Assembly (NCBI GenBank): GCA_040290255.1
Contig: PSMU01000001.1
Span: forward strand, 198,723-262,722
From: Nitrososphaerota archaeon
GTDB taxonomy: Archaea; Thermoproteota; Nitrososphaeria; PSMU01
Direction of reading: 5' to 3'
DNA: 64,000 nucleotides
Shown: in pieces, positions 37,381 through 47,035 of the stretch
Layout of the letters: the number at the start of each line of letters is the position of its first letter
How positions within the stretch are numbered: the first letter of the stretch is position 1
Made by a program: the position numbers and the translations under genes
Notes under the pieces: generated by a model
Database searches by the model: none
What the model saw: the letters and a program-made list of their open reading frames with translations, nothing else
What the model was told of the DNA's origin: nothing

Positions 37381-37961
37381 TCCTCCCTCCCCTCGACGTA
37401 CTGGCCCAGCGCGTTCGAGCGTCTTATCTTCTCCTGAAGCAGCACGATGCCCTCCAGGATCTGCTGCGCGGTGGGCGGGCAGCCGGGTATGTACACGTCC
37501 ACGGGTATGATCCTGTCCACGCCCTGCAGGACGTTGTAGCTGTCCACGTAGAGCCCCCCGCTGATGGCGCAGGCTCCTATCGCGATGCACCACTTGGGCT
37601 CGGGCATCTGGTCCCAGACGAGCTTAAGGCGGGGCGCCATCTTCCTTGTTACCGTGCCCAGCACGACGAGCAGGTCACACTGGCGCAGCGAGCCGAAGGC
37701 CTCGAGCACGCCGAACCTCTCCATATCCCAACGGGCCCCGGAGGCGGCCCCCCACTCCACGGAGCAGCAGGCCGTCTCCAGGTGCACGGGCCAGAGGCTG
37801 TAGAGTCGCCCCCAGTTCAGGAGATAGGCCAGCGGGTCCCTTACATTCTTCTCGAGGGCTTCCTGCAGCGCCTTAAAGACGAGCTTCGTCTGGCCCGCCA
37901 GGGCCACGAGCCCGGCCCCCGCGGCCGCCGCCGGCCTTATCTCCGCTATCTTCACGGGCAC
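37377..37961 (-). CDS. nuoB: complex I-like subunit B (NuoB, N2 cluster subunit)
   Basis: ETACCSVEW, IGACAISGG and PGCPP cysteine motifs. Confidence 0.9.
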   Translation of the reverse strand: MPVKIAEIRPAAAAGAGLVALAGQTKLVFKALQEALEKNVRDPLAYLLNWGRLYSLWPVHLETACCSVEWGAASGARWDMERFGVLEAFGSLRQCDLLVVLGTVTRKMAPRLKLVWDQMPEPKWCIAIGACAISGGLYVDSYNVLQGVDRIIPVDVYIPGCPPTAQQILEGIVLLQEKIRRSNALGQYVEGREE

Positions 37962-38045
37962 GATGGGCTTCGGCCGGGTCGCGGTCTAATAAAGCTTTAG
38001 AGGCCGTTAACTCATTTAAGGGGGCAGCGGAGGAGCCTGGCGGAG
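37962..38045. promoter_or_regulatory. divergent promoter region between nuoB and nuoA
   Basis: AT-rich tctaataaagctttagagg ... ctcatttaagg elements in a GC-rich context. Confidence 0.35.
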
Positions 38046-38402
38046 ATGGCGGGGCTCGGCACGTTACTGCTCACGGCGGGCTTTGTGGCCGCGGCGCTGG
38101 CGCCGCTGTACATCATCTACCTGCTCTTCGCGCCCCGGCGGCCCAACCCGGTGAAGAACGAGACCTTTGAATGCGGCCAGCCGCCCTCGGGCAGCGCGCG
38201 GGTGCACCTCTTCATGCAGTACTACCCCTTCCTGCTGATGTACCTAGTGCTGGATGTAACCACGCTCTTCCTCTATGCCTGGTCGCTCAGCGGTGCGCCC
38301 TACAGCCCCTCGAGCCTGCTGCTGATCTACGCCTTCTTGGGCGCGCTGCTGCTCCCGATAGCCTATACGCTTAAGCTCTCATACAAGAGGGAGCTGTGGT
38401 AG
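38046..38402 (+). CDS. nuoA: complex I-like subunit A (NuoA)
   Basis: 118 aa membrane protein with NETFECGQ and the NuoA-type C-terminal helix. Confidence 0.8.
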   Translation: MAGLGTLLLTAGFVAAALAPLYIIYLLFAPRRPNPVKNETFECGQPPSGSARVHLFMQYYPFLLMYLVLDVTTLFLYAWSLSGAPYSPSSLLLIYAFLGALLLPIAYTLKLSYKRELW

Positions 38403-39527
38403 ATGGCCGAGCGGGGGCTCCTGCAGCTGCTGAGGGGGCTGCTGCACCTCATCTTCTGGGCATTGATCTTCCTTCCCATCTTCGTGCTTCCCGTCTATTA
38501 TATGCTCGAGCAGCCGCTGCTGAGGCCCTTCATCTCCTCGCTGATGAGCGAGCTCACGAACCCCGCCAGCTTCGCCTTCCGGCTGATCGTCTACCCCGGC
38601 TTCACCTTCGTGGTGCTCTACGCGACCTTCCTGGTGCTGATAGAGAGGAAGCTGGCGGCTAAGGTGCAGCTGCGCGTGGGGCCGCAGTACGCGGGCAGGT
38701 TCGAGGGCATCCTGCAGAGCTTCGCGGACCTGCTGAAGATGTTGGGCAAGGAGATGATCGTGCCCGCGGGCGCGGACAAGCCGCTCTTCTTGGCGGCGCC
38801 CTTCCTGGCCACGGTGCTGGCCGGCTCGCTGATCGCGCTCGTGCCCGTATCGCCCACCTCGGCCATCGCGAACCTCAGCTATGGGCTGCTGGCCTTCTTC
38901 GCGATCCTTTCGCTCTACCCCATCATCGTCCTGCTCGCGGCGTGGTCGAGCAACAACAAGTTCACGCTCGTGGGCGGCCTCAGGGCCCTGCACCAGCTCA
39001 TCGCCTATGAGGTGCCCATGCTCGTCGCCGCGCTCACGCCGGCCCTGCTGGCCCGCTCGATAAACCCCCTCGACATAGCCGGCGCGCAGGTTATGCGAGG
39101 TATCCCCTTCCTCATGCTCGCCCCCCTCTCGGCCTTCGTCTTCTTCTGCTGCATGGTGGCCGAGCTTGAAAGGATCCCCTTCGATATACCCGAGGCGGAC
39201 AGCGAGATCGTGGCCGGCTGGCTGACGGAGTACTCCAGCGTGAGCTACCTGCTTCTTTACGGCGCCGCGCCCTACATAAAGATGTATGCCTTCGCGGGCC
39301 TCTTCACGGGGCTCTTCCTAGGAGGCTGGGCGGGCCCCTCCTTCCTGCCGCCCGACCTCTGGTTTCAGCTCAAGGCGTTCGCGGTCATCCTGCTGGTGCA
39401 GCTGCTGAGGGCCGTGTACCCCCGCTATAGGATGGATCAGCTGCTCGCCCTGGGCTGGGGGAGGCTCTTTGTGCTGGCCCTGGTGAACCTGGTGCCCGCG
39501 CCCTTTATAGCAGCGTACTTGGCCTAG
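38403..39527 (+). CDS. nuoH: complex I-like subunit H (NuoH)
   Basis: 374 aa polytopic protein with NuoH pattern (RVGPQYAG ... YEVPMLV ... ELERIPFDIPEADSEIV). Confidence 0.9.
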   Translation: MAERGLLQLLRGLLHLIFWALIFLPIFVLPVYYMLEQPLLRPFISSLMSELTNPASFAFRLIVYPGFTFVVLYATFLVLIERKLAAKVQLRVGPQYAGRFEGILQSFADLLKMLGKEMIVPAGADKPLFLAAPFLATVLAGSLIALVPVSPTSAIANLSYGLLAFFAILSLYPIIVLLAAWSSNNKFTLVGGLRALHQLIAYEVPMLVAALTPALLARSINPLDIAGAQVMRGIPFLMLAPLSAFVFFCCMVAELERIPFDIPEADSEIVAGWLTEYSSVSYLLLYGAAPYIKMYAFAGLFTGLFLGGWAGPSFLPPDLWFQLKAFAVILLVQLLRAVYPRYRMDQLLALGWGRLFVLALVNLVPAPFIAAYLA

Positions 39528-39535
39528 GGCGCGGC

Positions 39536-40021
39536 ATGGTCGATCTAGCCTTCATCGCGCTCGCCTCGCTCACGGTGGGGGCCGCGGTGCTCTCGCTCGA
39601 GGCGAGGCAGCTGGTCTACGGCGCGGTGAGCCTCGCGCTCTTCTTCCTCTTCGTGGGCGGCCTCTTCGCGCTCCTGGGCGCGCCCTTTCTGGCCATGTTT
39701 CAGATCTTCATAAACGTGGGGGCCGTGGCCGTGCTGATCATCTTCACGGTCATGCTGGTCAGCCCGCAGCGGTGGCAGGAGCGGCGGCCAAGGGAGGCCC
39801 GGCTGGGGCTCGTGGGGCTGCTCATCACGCTCTTCGGGCTCGTGCCCCTGCTCTATCCCCTTGTGCAGGGGGTGGGGCTCTTGAGCTCGCCGCCCACGCT
39901 CGGCGGGGAGCTGGGCTCGCTGCTGCTGGAGCGCTACGGCCTGGCGCTGGTGCTGCTGGCCTTTCTATTGGCCGCGGCCATAGCGGCCTCCGTCACGCTG
40001 GCGAAGGAGGAGAAGGGCTGA
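39536..40021 (+). CDS. nuoJ: complex I-like subunit J (NuoJ)
   Basis: 161 aa membrane protein, NuoJ-like; stop overlaps nuoK ATG. Confidence 0.8.
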   Translation: MVDLAFIALASLTVGAAVLSLEARQLVYGAVSLALFFLFVGGLFALLGAPFLAMFQIFINVGAVAVLIIFTVMLVSPQRWQERRPREARLGLVGLLITLFGLVPLLYPLVQGVGLLSSPPTLGGELGSLLLERYGLALVLLAFLLAAAIAASVTLAKEEKG

Positions 40022-40329
40022 TGGCCGCCCTGGGCGATTACCTGCTGCTTTCGCTGCTGCTGCTGGCCGTGGGCATCTATGGCCTGGTCTCGAAGAGGGA
40101 TGCCATAAGGCTTCTCTTCGCGCTGGAGATCATCCTGAACGCCGCCCTGCTCAACGCCGTGCTCTTCACGCGCACGCCGGCGGCCCTGGCGCCCGCGGGC
40201 CAGGTGCTGGCGCTCTTCATCATCTCGATAGGGGCCTGTGAGGTGGCCGTGGGCCTGGCCATAATAATCCTGCTCTACAGGCGCACGGGCGACGTGGACG
40301 TTTTGGAGCTGAGGAAGGTCAGGGATTAG
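40021..40329 (+). CDS. nuoK: complex I-like subunit K (NuoK)
   Basis: MAALGDYLLLSLLLLAVGIYGL ... GACEVAVGLAIII; internal ATG of track ORF 39772..40329, overlapping nuoJ stop (TGATG). Confidence 0.85.
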   Translation: MAALGDYLLLSLLLLAVGIYGLVSKRDAIRLLFALEIILNAALLNAVLFTRTPAALAPAGQVLALFIISIGACEVAVGLAIIILLYRRTGDVDVLELRKVRD

Positions 40330-40379
40330 CGCCCAACTCCTTAAATAAAGGGCCCTAGGGCCCCGTGCAGCCGTGAGGC

Positions 40380-41978
40380 TTGAGTCCAGGGCCCCCCTTC
40401 ACGGGGGCAAGAGCTCCAGGCCTCTGGCCTTGGTCGGCGGCGCAGGGCCCTTGGCAGGGGGGTGATGGCTTGCCCATCCCCTACTCGCTCACCCAGGCGA
40501 CGTTCCTCCCCCTCGCCGGGGCCGTGCTCGCCTATTTCCTGGGCGGGAGGCTCCTGAGGAGGATCGGCTGGCTGGCCTTCGCGCTGCTCTCCTACTCGAG
40601 CCTGCTGCTGGGCCTGAGCTACCTAGAGCCGGCAGGGGGGTTCCCCTTGCTCGAGCGCTTCGGCTGGACCTCGGTGCCTGGCCTGAGCTTCGGGCTCCTG
40701 GGCGATGGCCTCAGCCTGCCCGTGGCGTTAGTGATGAACGTGGCCGCCGCCGCGGTGGCCGTCTATTCGATGCCCTACATGGCCAGGAGGATGGCGGCGC
40801 TTTACGGCGAGGAGAGGGGCTCGTTCTGGGGGCTCTACTACGCCAACTACCTGCTCTTCGCCGCGGGGCTCACGGGCGTGGCGCTGGCCACGAACCTGAT
40901 CGAGCTGTACATCTTCGTCGAGCTCATCCTCATCCCCGCATACCTGCTCCTGGGCCTCTTCGGCCAGGTTGACCGGCAGCGCATTGCGCTCATGTACTTC
41001 ATCTGGAACCAGCTGGGCGCCTTCATCTTCCTTGCCGGCATCCTCGTGGCCTGGTTTGGAACGAGGAGCTTTGACATCGCCGCCCTTGGCGCGCTAGGGG
41101 GCCCCTTGGCGCTCCTGGTCACGGGGCTCATGCTACTGGGCTGGCTGATCAAGATGGCCACCTTCGGCTTCCACGTATGGCTCCCCTTCGCGTATGGCGA
41201 ATTCCCCAGCTCCGTCGCGGCCATCAGCGCCATCACGGGACTGGGAAGCTACGTGCTCACCAGGCTGCTGGTCCTTAACCTCTACTCCTCATTCCAACAG
41301 CTGGCCCATCTTATCATCCTGCTGGCCGTCGTGACGCTGCTGTACGGCGGCGCGCTGGCCCTCGCGCAGGAGGACATCAACCGGCTTTATGCATGGTCCA
41401 CGGTCAGCCAGACGGCCTACCTGCTGCTGGGCCTGGCCAGCCTGAGCGCGCTGGGCATCGCGGGCAGCATCTTCCTCTTCCTGGCCCAGGTGCTGGGCAA
41501 GGCGGTGCTCTTCTGCGTGGCGGGCATCCTGGTGACGCAAACGGGCCTGAGGCAGATGGGCAGGATGGGCGGCTATGCCGCGAGGATGCCCCTCACCGCG
41601 CTCCTGGCGCTGGGCGCTTCACTCATCATCTCCGCCGTGCCGCCGACGCTGGGCTTTCAGGGCGAATGGTTGCTCTTTACGGGGCTTCTGGGCTCGGCCC
41701 TGTACGGGCCCCCCTTCTCGCTGGCGCTGGGCTTCGCCGCCCTGCTGGGCACGATGCTCACCGTGGCCTACACGCTCTGGGCCGTTAAGCGCATCTTCTT
41801 CGGCCCGCTGAGCGGGGAGGCCGGGGAGCTGAGCGAGGCGCCCAAGAGCATGACGCTGCCCCTGCTCGCGCTCCTGGCCCTCGCGCTGCTACTGGGCATC
41901 TACCCCGAGCCCCTGCTGGGCCCGCTCTACAGGTACCTGGCTTCAGCGCTGCCCTCGGGCCTGCCGCTGGGAGGATGA
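40380..41978 (+). CDS. antiporter-like membrane subunit (NuoM/N-related, degenerate; fourth antiporter-like subunit)
   Basis: Polytopic, NuoM/N-like, but the conserved W-L-P-D-A motif reads FHVWLPFAYGEFPSS; N-terminal ~30 aa of the track ORF are probably not translated (possible TTG start at 40470). Confidence 0.75.
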   Translation: MSPGPPFTGARAPGLWPWSAAQGPWQGGDGLPIPYSLTQATFLPLAGAVLAYFLGGRLLRRIGWLAFALLSYSSLLLGLSYLEPAGGFPLLERFGWTSVPGLSFGLLGDGLSLPVALVMNVAAAAVAVYSMPYMARRMAALYGEERGSFWGLYYANYLLFAAGLTGVALATNLIELYIFVELILIPAYLLLGLFGQVDRQRIALMYFIWNQLGAFIFLAGILVAWFGTRSFDIAALGALGGPLALLVTGLMLLGWLIKMATFGFHVWLPFAYGEFPSSVAAISAITGLGSYVLTRLLVLNLYSSFQQLAHLIILLAVVTLLYGGALALAQEDINRLYAWSTVSQTAYLLLGLASLSALGIAGSIFLFLAQVLGKAVLFCVAGILVTQTGLRQMGRMGGYAARMPLTALLALGASLIISAVPPTLGFQGEWLLFTGLLGSALYGPPFSLALGFAALLGTMLTVAYTLWAVKRIFFGPLSGEAGELSEAPKSMTLPLLALLALALLLGIYPEPLLGPLYRYLASALPSGLPLGG

Positions 41979-41979
41979 T

Positions 41980-44118
41980 ATGTCGGTCCCCTCCTACGCC
42001 CTTTGGGCCATCTTCCTGGTGCCCTACGCCGGCGCCCTGCTCTCCTTGGCGCTCTGGAGGCTTCCGCGGCTCAGGGACGGCGTGGCGCTCTCGGCCTCGC
42101 TCGGCAGCGCGCTGTTTTCGCTCTGGCCCCTGGCCTCCCTCCTCTCGGGCGGCCTGACCGTTTACGACTCCGTCATCCCCGCCCGCATCCCCTGGATCCC
42201 CTCCCTTGGCATCACGGCCGGCGTGCTGAGCGACCCGCTCACCATCATTCTGGCCAGCTTGGTGGCCTGGATCAGCTTTGCCGTCATGGTCTACAGTCTG
42301 GGCTACATGAGGGGCGACCCGGGCCTCACGCGCTACTGGTTCTTCATGAACTTCTTCATAGGCAACATGGAGCTGCTGGTGCTCTCGGATAACTTCCTTC
42401 AGCTCTTCTTCGGGTGGGAGGGCGTGGGGCTCTGCAGCTATGCGCTCATAGGCCACTGGTACAGCGATGAGGAGGATAAGTGGGTGGGCACCAGGGGGCA
42501 CGTCGTATGGGGCGAGGAGCAGGCCTACCCTCCCTCGCATGCCGGGCTGAAGGCCTTCCTCATGACGCGCTTCGGCGACGTCTTCTTCCTGGCCGGCCTC
42601 TTCCTGCTCTACAACTTCGCGCACACCTTCAACTATGACGAGCTGGCGAGGTCGGCGCTGGGGGCCGGAGGCTGGGCCGAGGCCCTGCGGGCCAGGGGCC
42701 TGCTCGTGCCCGTAGCCCTGCTCATCTTCGGCGGCGCCGTGGGCAAGTCCGCGCAGTTCCCGCTGCATGAGTGGCTGCCCGATGCCATGGCCGGGCCGAC
42801 TACGGTTTCGGCGTTGATACATGCGGCGACGATGGTCAACGCGGGCGTGGTGCTCGTGGCCAGGGCAGCACCGCTCTTTTATGCGCCCTTCTCGGCCTCC
42901 CCCGAGGCCGTGCAGGGCTTCTTTCAGGCCGTGGCCTGGATAGGCGGCTTCACGGCCTTCTTGGCGGCCACGCAGGCCTGCGTGGGCTTTGAGCTGAAGA
43001 AGATCCTGGCCTACTCCACCTTCTCCCAGATAGGGTACATGATTCTGGCCCTGGGCGTGGCGGGGCTCTCCTCGTTGCCCGTGGGTCTCTCCGCCGGCAC
43101 CTACCACTTGATGAGCCACGCCATCTTCAAGGCAACGCTCTTCTTGGCCGCGGGGGCGCTGATACATGCCTGCGAGTCAAAGTATGTGAGCGATATGGGA
43201 GGCCTGGCCGGGAGGATGAGGGTTACGCTGGCCGCCTTCCTCATCTCCGCCGCCTCCCTCGCGGGCCTCCCTCCCTTTAGCGGCTTCTGGAGCAAGGAGT
43301 CGGTGCTGCTCGCCTGCTGGCAGGCGGGCCAGTACGGCCTCTTCGCGCTGGCCGCGGCCTCTTCCGCGCTTACGGCATTTTACTCCTTCAGGCTGCTGGG
43401 CCTCATCTTCTATGGCGGCGAAAGCGAGAGGCTCAGGCAGCTCTTGGGCAGGGGGCATGAAGTTAAGGAGGCGCCGCCCGTGCTGCTTCTGCCCTACGTA
43501 GCCCTTTCGCTGTTTACGGTGCTGCTGGGCCTCTTGGCGCCGCTCGTGGGCCTGGAGGCGCGGCTGGAGGAGGCCTCCACGGCATACCTGGCCTCTCTGT
43601 TTCCAGGGCTGGCCACGGGCGGCCTGGGCGGCTTCGCGTTGGCCCCCTCCATGATCGGCCTGGGCCTCTCCTCGCTGGGCGCCGTCGTGGGCTGGGCGGC
43701 CTACATTTCGCCGCGGGCCGGCATTAGGGCCTTGGGGGCCACGGGCCTGGCAAGGGCCCTCTACTCCTTCTTCGAGGCGCGCTGGTACATCAACGCCTTC
43801 TACTATAAGGCCTTCATGAGGGCGCCGCTTCGGCTCTTTAATCTCGCCCAGGAGCGGCTCGAGCTCCCGCTGCTGGCCAAGCTGAGCGATGTGGGCGCGC
43901 TGGCGGGGGTGGGCCTCTCCTCCTTGGCCAACTGGTTCGACGCCAACGTGGTGGACAGGATGGGCGCCGCGCTCGCGGCCGTGAGCAGCTCGCTCTCTAG
44001 GGTAGCCAGGCGGCTGCAGAGCGGCGTGGTCGAGCAGTACCTCTTCGTCGTCGCCGTGGGCGCGGTGCTCGTGGTGCTGCTGCTCCTCTTCCTGCTGGGG
44101 AGGGTGGCGCCGGCATGA
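41980..44118 (+). CDS. nuoL: complex I-like subunit L (NuoL)
   Basis: 712 aa with FPLHEWLPDAMAGPTTVSALIHAATMVNAG and a long C-terminal extension. Confidence 0.9.
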   Translation: MSVPSYALWAIFLVPYAGALLSLALWRLPRLRDGVALSASLGSALFSLWPLASLLSGGLTVYDSVIPARIPWIPSLGITAGVLSDPLTIILASLVAWISFAVMVYSLGYMRGDPGLTRYWFFMNFFIGNMELLVLSDNFLQLFFGWEGVGLCSYALIGHWYSDEEDKWVGTRGHVVWGEEQAYPPSHAGLKAFLMTRFGDVFFLAGLFLLYNFAHTFNYDELARSALGAGGWAEALRARGLLVPVALLIFGGAVGKSAQFPLHEWLPDAMAGPTTVSALIHAATMVNAGVVLVARAAPLFYAPFSASPEAVQGFFQAVAWIGGFTAFLAATQACVGFELKKILAYSTFSQIGYMILALGVAGLSSLPVGLSAGTYHLMSHAIFKATLFLAAGALIHACESKYVSDMGGLAGRMRVTLAAFLISAASLAGLPPFSGFWSKESVLLACWQAGQYGLFALAAASSALTAFYSFRLLGLIFYGGESERLRQLLGRGHEVKEAPPVLLLPYVALSLFTVLLGLLAPLVGLEARLEEASTAYLASLFPGLATGGLGGFALAPSMIGLGLSSLGAVVGWAAYISPRAGIRALGATGLARALYSFFEARWYINAFYYKAFMRAPLRLFNLAQERLELPLLAKLSDVGALAGVGLSSLANWFDANVVDRMGAALAAVSSSLSRVARRLQSGVVEQYLFVVAVGAVLVVLLLLFLLGRVAPA

Positions 44119-45587
44119 TGCCGATCCTCTCCGCGCTGATCCTGCTGCCGCTGCTGGGGGCCCCGATAGGCTATGCGCTCTTCAGGCTTAACAGGCGCGC
44201 CGGCCTTGCCTTCTGCCTCTCGGTCACGGCCGCCACGCTGGCGCTCTCGCTGGCAGCCTATGCCCTGGTGGCCCTGCGCCCCTCCCCTCCCGGAGCCTAT
44301 GCGCTGGTGGAGCGCTACAGCTGGGTCTCCCTGCCCGACTTCTCATTCGATCTGCTGCTCGGTCTGGATGGGCTGGGCGCGGTCCTGCTGGTGCTCTCCT
44401 CCCTCCTTACGCTTCTGGCGATGGCCGGCTCCCCCGCGCTCATCAGAGAAAGGGAGGGCGAGTACTACTCGCTGATGCTGCTCTTCGAGGGGGCGATAAA
44501 CGGCGTGTTCAGTTCCCTGAACCTGATCTTCTTCTATATCTTCTGGGACCTGGTGCTGATCCCCATGTTCCTCTTCATAGGCATCTGGGGCGGGCCGCGG
44601 CGCAAGTATGCGGCCCTCAAGTTCCTGCTGTACACCTTCACGGGAAGCGTGGTCATGCTCACCGGCTTCCTGATCGCCTACTTTGGCTCGCCCGTGCGCT
44701 CCTTCAACCTGCCCGAGCTCATGGGCCACGTGCCGGCTACGCTGCAGCTGTATTCGTTGCTCGCGGCCTTCATAGGCTTCGGGATAAAGCTGCCCGTCTT
44801 CCCCTTCCACAGCTGGCTGCCCGATGCGCACGTGGAGGCGCCCGCGCCCATCAGCGTGCTCTTGGCTGGGGTGCTGCTCAAGATGGGCGGCTACGGCTTC
44901 ATAAGGATAGGCCTTCAGCTCTTTCCCGAGGCCTCAAGGCAGCTCGCCTGGCTCTTCATGGCCGTTGGGCTGGCCACGATGTTCTACGGGGCCATCGTGG
45001 CGCTCCTCTCATCGGACCTCAAGAGGATGATCGCGCTCACGAGCATCAACCACATGGGCTTCGTGCTCCTGGGCGCCTATGCCGCCATAGCCTCCGGCGC
45101 CGCCCTGGGCCTGCAGGGGGCCATCTTTCAGATGTTCAACCACGGCCTGGCCATAGGCTCCCTCTTCTTGCTCTCGGGCTATATACATGAGCAGGCGGGG
45201 ACTAGGGAGATCAGCCGGCTGGGCGGGCTAAGGTATGCCATGCCGCGCACCGCGGCGCTCCTGATGCTCAGCAGCCTGGCGGGCATGGGCTTCCCCCTCT
45301 TCTCGAGCTTCCTAAGCGAATTCATGGTCATCGCGGGTGCCGTGGCGGGCTACAGGGCCTACTCGGTGGCCGTGCTGGTGCCCGTCATCACGGGGGCCTA
45401 CTTTATGTGGATGCTGAGGCGCACGGTGCTCAGCGAAAGGAACGAAGCGCTGCCGGCGCACGACCTGCCGACGCGTGAGGCGCTGCTGCTCCTGGCCTTC
45501 CTGCTGCCCCTCACGCTGCTCCTCTTCATGCCCTCGCTCATCCTCTCGCCGCTGCAGCCCTTGGTGGAGAGCGTTATGGGGCCATGA
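44115..45587 (+). CDS. nuoM: complex I-like subunit M (NuoM)
   Basis: FHSWLPDAHVEAPAPISVLLAGVLLKMGGYG. Confidence 0.85.
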   Translation: MMPILSALILLPLLGAPIGYALFRLNRRAGLAFCLSVTAATLALSLAAYALVALRPSPPGAYALVERYSWVSLPDFSFDLLLGLDGLGAVLLVLSSLLTLLAMAGSPALIREREGEYYSLMLLFEGAINGVFSSLNLIFFYIFWDLVLIPMFLFIGIWGGPRRKYAALKFLLYTFTGSVVMLTGFLIAYFGSPVRSFNLPELMGHVPATLQLYSLLAAFIGFGIKLPVFPFHSWLPDAHVEAPAPISVLLAGVLLKMGGYGFIRIGLQLFPEASRQLAWLFMAVGLATMFYGAIVALLSSDLKRMIALTSINHMGFVLLGAYAAIASGAALGLQGAIFQMFNHGLAIGSLFLLSGYIHEQAGTREISRLGGLRYAMPRTAALLMLSSLAGMGFPLFSSFLSEFMVIAGAVAGYRAYSVAVLVPVITGAYFMWMLRRTVLSERNEALPAHDLPTREALLLLAFLLPLTLLLFMPSLILSPLQPLVESVMGP

Positions 45588-47035
45588 ACCCGCTCTACAT
45601 CATCGCGGTCCTGCTGGTGGCCTCGCTCGCTACCGTGCTGCTGCAACTGCTGGGCGCCGGGCGGCGGGGGGCGGCGGTGCCGCTGTTGGGCCTTACGTTC
45701 GCGGTGGGCGCAACGCTACAGGGCCTCTTGGGCGGGGGGAGCGGCGTGGGCCCCCTGGCCGCGGACGGGCTGGGCTTCTTCTTCGCGCTGGTGGGCAGCT
45801 TCGTGGGCCTCTCAGCGCTAGTCGCCAGCCTGGAATACCTGAGGGGGGATGAGAATGAGCTGCTCTTCTACAGCCTCCTGCTCGCCTCGGTGGGGGGCCT
45901 TGTCGCGCTCTCCTTCGCCAGGGACCTGCTGACGCTCTTCGTCTCATGGGAGCTGATGGGCATCCCCACCTTCGCGATGGCCGCCTTCAACAAGAAGAGC
46001 GAGGCCTCGCTGGAGGCGGGCCTGAAGTACTTCTTCGTGGGCGCCCTCTCGACCGGGCTGCTCGCCTATGGGATCTCGCTGGCCTATCTGCTCACGGGCT
46101 CACTGGACCTCGCCGGGGTGGCCGCGGGCTTCTCATCGCTCAGCGCCCAGCAGCTCCCCCTGGCGGCCGCGGCCGCGGGCCTCCTGGCGGCGGGCTTCGG
46201 GTTCAAGATGGCCTTCGTCCCCTTTCATATCTGGATCCCCGATGCCTATCAGGGCGCGCCCACGACGCTCTCGGCCTACCTTTCCGCGGCCACCAAGAAG
46301 GCCGGCTTCGTCGCCGCCATAAGGGTGCTGCTCATCTCCCTCGCCCTTCAGCCCCTGCTGAGGCTCGGCTGGGCCGAGCTCTTCGCCGCCCTCTCGCTGC
46401 TCACGATGACCTTCGCCAACCTGGCCGCCCTGACCCAGAGGAGCCTCACGAGGCTGCTCGCTTACTCCAGCATCGCCCAGGCGGGATATATACTGCTGGG
46501 CCTGGCCGTGACGGGGCCCGCCTCGGCCTTCGCGCTCAGCTCCGCTCTCTTTCACGTGCTGAACCACGCGATCCTCTCGGGCCTCTCCTTCATAGCCGCC
46601 GCCTCGTACCTGAAGGGCCTGGGCACGGACGACCTGGATGCCCTGGCGGGCAGCGGGGCAAGGACTCCCTGGACCTCGGTGAGCCTGGCCATCGCGCTGC
46701 TGGGCCTCGCGGGCCTGCCGCCCATTAACGGCTTCTGGAGCAAGCTCTTCATCTTCTCGGCCTCGGTGCAGGCGGGCGGCGTCTACTGGTGGGGCCCCTA
46801 CCTGGCCCTGGCCGGCTTCCTGAACAGCGCGCTGAGCCTGGGCTACTACGGCTGGGTGATTCGCAGGCTCTTCTTCGATGAGCCCGCCGGAGAGGGAGGA
46901 AACGAGCCCAGGCTGCTGGCCCTGCTCTGTGCCGCCCTGGCCGCGCTGGCGCTGCTGATAGGCCTCCTGCCGGGGCCCTTCGCGCGCCTGCTCTACGATG
47001 TAGCTTCCTCCTTCTTGGCCAGCGGCGGGACCTAG
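45584..47035 (+). CDS. nuoN: complex I-like subunit N (NuoN)
   Basis: FHIWIPDAYQGAPTTLSAYLSAATKKAG. Confidence 0.85.
   Translation: MNPLYIIAVLLVASLATVLLQLLGAGRRGAAVPLLGLTFAVGATLQGLLGGGSGVGPLAADGLGFFFALVGSFVGLSALVASLEYLRGDENELLFYSLLLASVGGLVALSFARDLLTLFVSWELMGIPTFAMAAFNKKSEASLEAGLKYFFVGALSTGLLAYGISLAYLLTGSLDLAGVAAGFSSLSAQQLPLAAAAAGLLAAGFGFKMAFVPFHIWIPDAYQGAPTTLSAYLSAATKKAGFVAAIRVLLISLALQPLLRLGWAELFAALSLLTMTFANLAALTQRSLTRLLAYSSIAQAGYILLGLAVTGPASAFALSSALFHVLNHAILSGLSFIAAASYLKGLGTDDLDALAGSGARTPWTSVSLAIALLGLAGLPPINGFWSKLFIFSASVQAGGVYWWGPYLALAGFLNSALSLGYYGWVIRRLFFDEPAGEGGNEPRLLALLCAALAALALLIGLLPGPFARLLYDVASSFLASGGT

Noticed and set aside
41785-43167. 460 aa minus-strand ORF
   Set aside because: Antisense to nuoL and the upstream antiporter-like gene; low-complexity product.
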